This document shows positions 11,501-19,031 of a stretch of DNA of 32,000 nt, piece after piece. Every line of letters begins with the position of its first letter. Within the stretch, counting starts at the first letter, position 1. Below the pieces are notes generated by a model, which was not told the DNA's origin, did no database searches, and saw only the letters and a program-made list of their open reading frames with translations. This DNA comes from Candidatus Saccharimonadota bacterium (GTDB taxonomy: Bacteria; Pseudomonadota; Gammaproteobacteria; Enterobacterales; Enterobacteriaceae): positions 180,001-212,000 of the forward strand of contig NZ_CP097762.1 of NCBI RefSeq assembly GCF_023585745.1. Direction: 5' to 3'. Position numbers and translations under genes: made by a program.

Positions 11501-12039
11501 AGAAAGCTCTCAAAATACCGACACAACCAGTAATAATAGGAAAAATAATAGGTGCATATGGAATATTAGGATGGGTTAGAATAATTTCATTTACTGAAAA
11601 ATATAGCGACGTTTTTCATTATAAACCATGTTTTATAAAACCTAAAACTGTATGGATGTCTGTAAGTTTAGATCACTGGAAGTGTATTGGAAAAAAACAT
11701 ATTTCCAAAATTAGAGGAATTTCAGACAGAAATTCAGCAGAATTATTAAACAATTGCGAAATTATTATAGACAATAAGCAATTACCATATAAAAATTCCC
11801 AAGAATATTATTGGAAAGATATAATAGGATGCACAATATTAACAATACAAGGAATTAAATTAGGATATGTTTCTGAAATAATAGAAACCGGGGCTAACGA
11901 CGTGCTAGTAGTAAAATTACTTAAAAATGATCTTTATACAGACAAAGATTGTTTAATTCCTTTTATATTTGAAAAAATTATCAAAAATGTTATTTTAACT
12001 GAAAACATTATTATTGTAGATTGGGATCCTAATTTTTAA
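11497..12039 (+). CDS. rimM: 16S rRNA processing protein RimM
   Basis: 180-aa ORF overlapping the rpsP stop by 4 nt (ATGA). G.I.GAYGI.GWVRI.SFTE and the PRC-barrel C-terminus with LIPF resemble E. coli RimM (182 aa). The operon position is conserved. Confidence 0.9.
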   Translation: MKKALKIPTQPVIIGKIIGAYGILGWVRIISFTEKYSDVFHYKPCFIKPKTVWMSVSLDHWKCIGKKHISKIRGISDRNSAELLNNCEIIIDNKQLPYKNSQEYYWKDIIGCTILTIQGIKLGYVSEIIETGANDVLVVKLLKNDLYTDKDCLIPFIFEKIIKNVILTENIIIVDWDPNF

Positions 12040-12064
12040 TTTTTTATAAAATTTTAAGGTTTAT

Positions 12065-12828
12065 ATGAAAATAGGTATAATTACTATATTTCCAAAAATG
12101 TTTTATGGTTTTATTCGCTATGGAATAGTAGGACGATCTGTTAAAAATAATATACTCTCTATAAATATTTGGAATCCACGTGCATTTACACAGAATAAAT
12201 ATCATAAAATAGATGATAAACCATATGGAGGAGAGCCAGGGATGTTAATGGCTATTCAACCTATTAAATACGCAATAAATGCAGCAAAAAAAAAATTGGA
12301 AGTACTGCCACAGTTATTTATCTATCTCCGCAGGGTAAAAAACTTAATCAAAAATATGTACGTAATCTGGCGCATGACAAAAAAAAAATAATCTTAATTT
12401 GCGGCAGATACAGAGGTATCGACGAACGATTGTTTTATGAAGATATTGACGAAGAATGGTCTATAGGTGATTATATACTAAGCGGAGGAGAATTAGCTGC
12501 TATGGTACTAATAGATACAGTGTCTAGAATGTTGCCCAAAGTTTTAGGAAATAAAAATTCAAAAATATCCGATTCTTTCGTTAAAAATATATTAGATTTC
12601 CCAAATTATACAAGACCAAAAAATTTTTTTGGAATGACAGTGCCATCAGTTTTATTATCAGGCAATCATGCTGCTATTGCTCGTTGGAAAATAAAACAAG
12701 CATTAGGTAATACTTGGATAAAAAGACCAGATTTATTTAATAAAATAATATTAAATGATTTAGAAAGAAAGTTATTATCTGAATTTAAAAATGAATATCT
12801 GCTAGAATTAAAAAAAAATAAGAGATAA
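12065..12828 (+). CDS. trmD: tRNA (guanine37-N1)-methyltransferase TrmD. The reading frame is broken once inside an A10 run at 12286-12295; an automated pipeline would call this a frameshifted pseudogene
   Basis: The track splits it into 12065-12391 and 12430-12828. TrmD homology in the first frame stops at ...AINAAKKK at the A10 run. The adjacent frame, open from 12268, then reads IGSTATVIYLSPQGKKL...ILICGRYRGIDERL...DEEWSIGDYILSGGELAAM, colinear with E. coli TrmD (...VIYLSPQGRKL...LVCGRYEGIDERV...DEEWSIGDYVLSGGELPAM). Adding one A, or a -1 slip, gives a 254-aa product against 255 aa in E. coli. Confidence 0.9.
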
Positions 12829-12831
12829 TAT

Positions 12832-13179
12832 ATGTTTAGATTAATAAATGATTTTGAAAACACACAAATTAAAAAAAATCTTCCTCAATTACATACAGGC
12901 GATACAGTAGAAGTTAAAACTTGGATTGCTGAGGGTAATAAAAAACGTTTGCAAATTTTTGAAGGCGTTATCATCTCTATTAAGAATAATGGTTTAAACT
13001 CTGCATTTACTGTAAGAAAAATTTCTAGCGGCGAAGGAGTAGAACGTGTGTTTCCGACGCATTCTCCCAATATTACAGAAATAAAAATTAAACGATTTGG
13101 CATGGTACGTCGCGCTAAATTATATTATTTACGTAATCTTAGTGGAAAAGCAGCCCGCATTAAAACACGTATAAAATGA
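12832..13179 (+). CDS. rplS: 50S ribosomal protein L19
   Basis: 115-aa ORF, the same length as E. coli L19. F..GDTV.V..W..EG.KKR.Q.FEGV.I....[22 protein letters not shown] is conserved. It is the last gene of the trmD operon. Confidence 0.96.
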   Translation: MFRLINDFENTQIKKNLPQLHTGDTVEVKTWIAEGNKKRLQIFEGVIISIKNNGLNSAFTVRKISSGEGVERVFPTHSPNITEIKIKRFGMVRRAKLYYLRNLSGKAARIKTRIK

Positions 13180-13574
13180 ATAAAATACCTTGTTATAAAG
13201 TATATAGAATTTTATTCTTTTTAGAATCTTACACAAATTTTACTATAGTATTAGGATATTTGTTTTGTTAAATTTATTAAATAAAATACGTAGCTAATAT
13301 ATGTTGCGATTATATTAATACCTTTATCATGCAAATGAAACATCAACATACATCTTTATTAAGATAATAAAAATCTATTACTAATAATAGCGCTAAAAAT
13401 TAAAAATTATATTATTCAATTAATTAATTTATAATAATTTATTAACAATAATATATAAAAACTATATTTACATTAGTTTTATATATGTATCATAATATGA
13501 TTAAATATCATTATTTTAATAGTTGTTTAAATATTGTGTGATTACATTAATCATATTAATAAGGCAATATACAT

Positions 13575-14642
13575 ATGAAAAAAAATAAGTGTAATAAGAT
13601 ACAGCATTATAATTCATACCCTATTATTACTCCGGAACAATTAAAAATACAGTTCCCTATTACATATGAAGAACAAAAAACTATTACTGATTCTCAAAAC
13701 ATAATTAAAAATATAATCAATAAACGTGATCACCGTTTATTGATTATATGTGGACCATGTTCTATTCACGATGTTAACGCTGCTTTAGATTATGCTAATA
13801 AATTAAAAATTTTAGCAACAAAACTGCAAGAACAACTATACATTGTTATGCGTGTATATTTAGAAAAACCACGTACTAATATAGGTTGGAAAGGTTTAAT
13901 ATATGATCCAAATCTTAATAATTCTAATGATATTGAATTAGGATTAAAAATTGCACGAAATCTTCTTATAAAACTAATAAAAATTGGATTACCACTGGCT
14001 ACTGAAGTATTAAACCCAAATATTCCGCAATATTTTAGTGAATTGTTTAGTTGGATTTCTATAGGAGCACGTACCACAGAATCACAAATACATCGAGAAA
14101 TAGCTTCTGGATTATCTACATCAGTAGGTTTTAAAAATAGTACTGATGGCAGTTTTTCTAACGCAATAAATGCAATGCGTGCCGCTATGATACCACACCA
14201 CTATATTGGTATTGATATATCAGGCAAAGTATGCGTACTACATACTAAAGGCAATACTAATACTCATATAATTCTAAGAGGAGGAAAACATCCCAATTAC
14301 TATCCTGAAAATATTATTAGTTGTGAAAAAAAAATGATTCAAGCAGGATTGCCGAAAATACTTATGATAGATTGTAGTCATGGAAATTCTAATAAAGATT
14401 ATCGTCGTCAAATTGACGTAGTACAGTCAGTATTACAACAAATTCAAAATGGTAATCATTCTATTATTGGTTTAATGCTTGAAAGTTATATTTATTCTGG
14501 TAATCAATCAATGTATTCATCTAATACTTCAATGCAATATGGAATATCTATTACTGATGCATGCATCAGCTGGGAATCTACCGAAGATTTGCTATATTTA
14601 TTACACAAACAACTAAAACCATTTCTTGCGAATCGCATGTAA
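13575..14642 (+). CDS. aroF: 3-deoxy-7-phosphoheptulonate (DAHP) synthase, class I; AroF-like by sequence and synteny
   Basis: 355-aa ORF. It carries GPCSIHD, VMRVY.EKPRT..GWKGLI.DP, GARTTESQ.HRE.ASGLS..VGFKN.TDGS and DCSHGNSNKDYRRQ. The last string matches my recollection of E. coli AroF rather than AroH or AroG. It is directly followed by tyrA, as in the E. coli aroF-tyrA operon. Confidence 0.9.
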   Translation: MKKNKCNKIQHYNSYPIITPEQLKIQFPITYEEQKTITDSQNIIKNIINKRDHRLLIICGPCSIHDVNAALDYANKLKILATKLQEQLYIVMRVYLEKPRTNIGWKGLIYDPNLNNSNDIELGLKIARNLLIKLIKIGLPLATEVLNPNIPQYFSELFSWISIGARTTESQIHREIASGLSTSVGFKNSTDGSFSNAINAMRAAMIPHHYIGIDISGKVCVLHTKGNTNTHIILRGGKHPNYYPENIISCEKKMIQAGLPKILMIDCSHGNSNKDYRRQIDVVQSVLQQIQNGNHSIIGLMLESYIYSGNQSMYSSNTSMQYGISITDACISWESTEDLLYLLHKQLKPFLANRM

Positions 14643-14659
14643 ACGGAAAATAAAATAAT

Positions 14660-15778
14660 ATGATAGCAGAATTACGTTATTTAAGAAAAAAAATTGATAA
14701 AATAGATCAAAATTTATTAAGATTATTGTCTGAAAGACTGGCTCTAGTTTCTAAAGTAGGAGAAATAAAAAGTCGTTATGGATTATTAATTCACGTTCCA
14801 GATAGAGAAGAAATAATTATTAATTGCAGAAAAAAAGAAGCGGTAAAATTAGGTATTTCCCCAGATTTTGTTGAAGATATTCTACGTCGTATTATAAATG
14901 AATCTTATTTTCAAGAAAATAAAAAAGGATTTAAAACATTATGTCCAAATTTAGGCCCAATTGTTATTATTGGTGGAAAAGGGCAAATGGGGTATTTTTT
15001 TTATAAAATGTTAACTTTATCAGGATATAAAGTAAGAATATTAGATAAAAATGATTGGATAAATGCTAAATCAATATTAAAGGATGTTAATATGATAATA
15101 ATTAGCGTTCCTATTCATTTAGTTCTTGAAGTCATTAAAAAATTACCATATTTATCTGATGATTGTGTTATAGTAGATTTATCATCTGTAAAACAAGTAT
15201 CTTTAAATGCTATATTGGCGGCACACACTGGTCCAGTATTAGGATTACATCCTATGTTTAATCCAGATTACGGCAGTATGGTACAACAAGTAGTAATTTA
15301 CTGTGAAGGGCGTTATCCAAAAGCATATCAATGGTTATTACAACAAATACAACTTTGGGGAGCAAGATTACATTGTTGTAACATTCAAGAACATGATCAG
15401 TATATGTCTTTAATACAAGGGTTATGTCATTTTACTACCTTTATTTCCGGATATTTTTTGTTAAAGGAAAACATTAATTTAAAAAAAATTTTATCTTTTT
15501 CTTCACCAATATTTCAATTAAAATTAATAATAATGGGCCGTCTGTTTTCGCAAGATCCTCAATTATATGCGGATATAATTATGAATTCTAAAAATAATTT
15601 AGGATTAATTCAACAATATCATAAAAGAATCGGGGAAATTCTTAAACTATTAGAATTCAATAAAAAACAAGAATTTATTAATCAATTTAAAAAAATTCAA
15701 AATTGGTTAAATATATATAAAAAAGATTTTCTTAAAGAAAGCCGAAAAATATTGCGTCAAATTCATCTGATTAAATAG
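14660..15778 (+). CDS. tyrA: Bifunctional chorismate mutase / prephenate dehydrogenase (T-protein)
   Basis: 372-aa ORF, against 373 aa in E. coli TyrA. The N-terminal chorismate-mutase helix is AELRYLRKKIDKIDQNLLRLLSERLALV. It also has KGFKTLCP, the GGKGQMG dinucleotide fold, GPVLGLHPMF and QDPQLYADIIM. Confidence 0.95.
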   Translation: MIAELRYLRKKIDKIDQNLLRLLSERLALVSKVGEIKSRYGLLIHVPDREEIIINCRKKEAVKLGISPDFVEDILRRIINESYFQENKKGFKTLCPNLGPIVIIGGKGQMGYFFYKMLTLSGYKVRILDKNDWINAKSILKDVNMIIISVPIHLVLEVIKKLPYLSDDCVIVDLSSVKQVSLNAILAAHTGPVLGLHPMFNPDYGSMVQQVVIYCEGRYPKAYQWLLQQIQLWGARLHCCNIQEHDQYMSLIQGLCHFTTFISGYFLLKENINLKKILSFSSPIFQLKLIIMGRLFSQDPQLYADIIMNSKNNLGLIQQYHKRIGEILKLLEFNKKQEFINQFKKIQNWLNIYKKDFLKESRKILRQIHLIK

Positions 15779-15825
15779 AATTTTTTTTAGAAAAATATTC
15801 CGTATTAAATGCTTGATATTTAATT

Positions 15826-15850
15826 ACATTTAAATTAAATGTTTATTTTT
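15826..15850 (+). terminator. Candidate intrinsic terminator downstream of tyrA
   Basis: A 7-bp stem ACATTTA / TAAATGT (15826-15832 and 15836-15842) with loop AAT is followed by the T-rich stretch TTATTTTT. It has one G-C pair. It lies between the convergent tyrA and pheA genes. Confidence 0.3.
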
Positions 15851-15878
15851 TATTAAATAATTCATAAATTATTTAATA
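15851..15878. repeat. Perfect 12-bp inverted repeat (hairpin) made only of A-T pairs, between convergent tyrA and pheA
   Basis: TATTAAATAATT (15851-15862), loop CATA, AATTATTTAATA (15867-15878). I checked every pair by hand. There is no T-tract on the side expected for a pheA terminator. Confidence 0.5.
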
Positions 15879-15968
15879 CGTTATTAATAATAGCAAACAA
15901 GCTCACGTTTATAAAAATTTAATTATTCTGATATATAGTATTAAATCGTATTAATAATAATTGATTTA

Positions 15969-16880
15969 CTATATTGTATCATGTCTAATTGAGTAACAGC
16001 CTAATATTTTTAACGAATCAACAATATTTTTTAATATAATTAAAATTTGTTTCATATAAACATCATATATACATGTCGTAATATCAATAATCGCAATAGT
16101 TTTATTTAGTTGATTACGCCATACAATTTTAGTACGTAAATAATTTACTTTTTTCCTATAAAATTCTAATATTTTAAAAATCTCATATAATTTTTCAGAT
16201 TTTTTATTAATAGAAACAATAATTATTGTTTTTATATTAATAGAATTCTTAATATGAATAAAATTTTTCTTTCTTAAAATAAAGAATTTTGTCATGTTTT
16301 TTTGACAATTAGATATGTTGCTTTTGAGCAATGGATGTAATCCATAATATTTACCACCTTGCATACTGCCTAATGCAGCTAAATTAAATTGATTCAATTC
16401 TGAAACTGTTTTCATAGCCGCTGCACTACTTTCACAAAATATTATTTTCCATATTGAAAAATACTTTTTTAAAAATTCACTACATTGAATAATAGGTTGT
16501 GGGTGACTATATATCGTTTGAACATGGTTTATATCAACACAAGAATCAACTAAAATACAATGTTTTATGGGAATAGTGATTTCTCCTACTAAAAATAATG
16601 ATGTATTCAATAATAAATTACATACTTCATTAATTAAACCAGTACTGGAATTTTCAATGGGGACAATGCCATATTCTACACAACAAGATTCTACTAAGGT
16701 AAAAATATCATAAAATCTGCAACAACTATATTGCACAATTTTCTCAAAATAAATGTCAGAATATTTCATAGCGGCAATATAAGAGTAAGAACCCTTAGGA
16801 CCCAAAAATGCCACTCGCACTGTAGATTTAGAAACCATAAATTTATTATAAATTTCAAGTAATAATATATTATTATACAA
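15969..16880 (-). CDS. pheA: Prephenate dehydratase (PheA) lacking the N-terminal chorismate-mutase domain; the C-terminal ACT-like region is degenerate
   Basis: 303-aa ORF with a TTG start at 16880. An ATG 14 codons downstream, at 16838, is an alternative start. VAFLGPKGSYS, VPIENS..G.IN, IYSHPQP..QC..FL and LGCY align with residues from about 100 onward of the 386-aa E. coli P-protein. An in-frame stop lies 2 codons upstream of the TTG. Confidence 0.88.
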   Translation of the reverse strand: MYNNILLLEIYNKFMVSKSTVRVAFLGPKGSYSYIAAMKYSDIYFEKIVQYSCCRFYDIFTLVESCCVEYGIVPIENSSTGLINEVCNLLLNTSLFLVGEITIPIKHCILVDSCVDINHVQTIYSHPQPIIQCSEFLKKYFSIWKIIFCESSAAAMKTVSELNQFNLAALGSMQGGKYYGLHPLLKSNISNCQKNMTKFFILRKKNFIHIKNSINIKTIIIVSINKKSEKLYEIFKILEFYRKKVNYLRTKIVWRNQLNKTIAIIDITTCIYDVYMKQILIILKNIVDSLKILGCYSIRHDTI

Positions 16881-17039
16881 TAATTATTGATAACAATATT
16901 TTATATAACAATATACACTTATATTAAATTTTAATTATATTAAATTAATTAAAAAATTTTATAACCAAAATTATTAATTAAATGCTACTTAATTTTCATG
17001 ATATATTTATATATACTTATTTCTAATTTTATTGGAATA

Positions 17040-17780
17040 TTAATATATTGAATTAATAAACATAATTTTTTCTAATTTATCAGCTAAATCTAATAAGTGT
17101 ATACTTTTATATGCATATAACATATATGGTAATGCTTCACGAGTGGCCTTAGTATCTGAAAAGTTGTATAACATTTTTTCTACGCGAGATATTACTGATA
17201 TATAAGCATGTCTTTTAAAATAAAATTTAACTACAGCGAGCTCGTATTGAGCGATTCTATTTTTTAAAAAAATTAAACGAGCATGTGCATCAAAAGAATA
17301 TTGACTATTTGGATATTGACGTATAAGCTCTGCGAAAGCAGAAAATGCTATTTTAGCGTATCGTGGATCACGATCAAACCAATCTATATTTAGATATTTT
17401 ATCAAAGTCCCTCTATTTCTGTCTAAGTACATATTTATTACACCATACATATATAATATGTAATCATAATGTTCATTATTCAGATATAATTGCAAAAAAT
17501 TTTCAGCATAATTATTAGCTAATTTTAAATTGTTTATTTTGAAATATGAATAAATCAAATCTAAATAAATTTGTTGTGGACAAGGATTAAATAAATTTAA
17601 GTTTTTTAAAATTATCAAATCTTGTATAGCCCCTTTATAATCAGAATTAAGCATCTTTTTTTTTGCAGACTTATAAATAAAATAAGGCGAATTACTCACA
17701 GGCTTAACAGCAGCTGTTACATTAGCTACTATAATCATATAGCTAGCTAAAATAGTTAGTATATACAATTTAACATTCAT
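17040..17780 (-). CDS. bamD: Outer membrane protein assembly factor BamD (YfiO)
   Basis: 246-aa ORF, against 245 aa in E. coli. QQIYLDLIYSYFK, DRDPRYAKIAFSAFAELIRQYPNSQY and A..RL.FLKNR.A.YEL.V..FY parallel E. coli BamD ([39 protein letters not shown]). It is divergent from rluD, as in E. coli. Confidence 0.9.
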   Translation of the reverse strand: MNVKLYILTILASYMIIVANVTAAVKPVSNSPYFIYKSAKKKMLNSDYKGAIQDLIILKNLNLFNPCPQQIYLDLIYSYFKINNLKLANNYAENFLQLYLNNEHYDYILYMYGVINMYLDRNRGTLIKYLNIDWFDRDPRYAKIAFSAFAELIRQYPNSQYSFDAHARLIFLKNRIAQYELAVVKFYFKRHAYISVISRVEKMLYNFSDTKATREALPYMLYAYKSIHLLDLADKLEKIMFINSIY

Positions 17781-17894
17781 AATTAAAATTATTATTAGTA
17801 TTCCAATAAATATTAAAAATATCGTTATATAATATATATATTACAATATGAATGTCTACTATATAAAACAGAAACTAATATTTGTTTAATAACA

Positions 17895-18851
17895 ATGATA
17901 TTTTATAAAAAATATATTATAAAACCTTTTAAAATACAAATGTCTCATTCTGGAGAACGATTAGACTATGCACTCGCTAAAATATTACCTAATTATTCAC
18001 GTTCTAAAATAAAATCTTGGATACTTTCGCACAAAGTAAGTATCAATAAAATTATTAGTACAATTCCTAAAAAAAAAATTACAGGGGGAGAATTTGTTGA
18101 AATAAAAAATGTTATTGAAACTGATAATTCTATAATTCCTCAAAACATCCCTCTTGATATTGTATACGAAGATCATGACATACTCATAATAAATAAAGCA
18201 AAAAATATCGTCGTTCATCCTGGTGTTAAAAATAATTCAGGTACTATATTAAATGCATTGCTTTATAAATATCCTGATATTGTGCAAGTACATCGAGCAG
18301 GTATTGTGCAACGTTTAGATAAAGATACTACTGGACTAATGATCGTAGCAAAAAATACTGTGTCATATCACAATTTATTACAACTTTTTAAGAAAAAACA
18401 AATTATTCGAGAATATGTAGCAATAGTACTTGGAAAATTTCCCAATAACGCAGGACAAATAAATCAACCAATTTGTAGACATACACATCATCGTACCAAA
18501 ATGATGGCAAATCCTGTTGGAAAATCAGCTATTACTAAGTATTGGGTTATAGAAACCTTTAAAATGCATACTAAATTAAATGTGCGTATTGAAACCGGAA
18601 GAACACATCAAATTCGTGTTCATATGTCGTATATTAAACACCCAATCATTGGGGATCGAACATATGGAAAATGCACATATTCTGCTAAAAATATATCTAA
18701 TGAACTTAATAAGTATCTAATGCTTTTTTCTCGTCAAGCACTGCATGCTTGCAGATTACAAATATTACATCCTATTTCTAATATAAAAATGCAATGGAAA
18801 ATACCACTACCTCAAGATATAATTGATTTAATTAAAATACTAAGACAATAA
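17895..18851 (+). CDS. rluD: 23S rRNA pseudouridine(1911/1915/1917) synthase RluD
   Basis: 318-aa ORF. It has the S4 domain ERLDYALAKILPNYSRSKIK.WI, PLDIVYEDHDILIINK, the catalytic HRLDKDTTGLM-type motif (here VQRLDKDTTGLMIVAK) and ETGRTHQIRVHM. Confidence 0.95.
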   Translation: MIFYKKYIIKPFKIQMSHSGERLDYALAKILPNYSRSKIKSWILSHKVSINKIISTIPKKKITGGEFVEIKNVIETDNSIIPQNIPLDIVYEDHDILIINKAKNIVVHPGVKNNSGTILNALLYKYPDIVQVHRAGIVQRLDKDTTGLMIVAKNTVSYHNLLQLFKKKQIIREYVAIVLGKFPNNAGQINQPICRHTHHRTKMMANPVGKSAITKYWVIETFKMHTKLNVRIETGRTHQIRVHMSYIKHPIIGDRTYGKCTYSAKNISNELNKYLMLFSRQALHACRLQILHPISNIKMQWKIPLPQDIIDLIKILRQ

Positions 18852-19031
18852 TTAATAATTATTGATGAAAATTGTTATTTATTACATCAATGGTATACAT
18901 TATAATTTTGTATGCGCAATTAGGATTATATAATGTATAACTTGCATTTAAAAAATTTATCTTTATTATAAAAACCGATATTATTATTGAATAATAAGCA
19001 TATTGTATACTATTTGTATTAGGAAAATATC

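Noticed and set aside
12065-12828. Treating 12065-12391 and 12430-12828 as two independent genes.
   Set aside because: The tail of the first ORF (LEVLPQLFIYLRRVKNL...) has no TrmD similarity, whereas the -1 frame over the same nucleotides does. The TTG start of the second ORF falls in the middle of the conserved GIDERL...DEEW segment. This is one gene with one frameshift.
18941-18975. CTTGCAT upstream of clpB, considered as the -35 element of a sigma-32 heat-shock promoter (consensus CTTGAAA).
   Set aside because: No CCCCAT-like -10 element follows at the required 13-15 bp spacing. The downstream sequence is all A/T.
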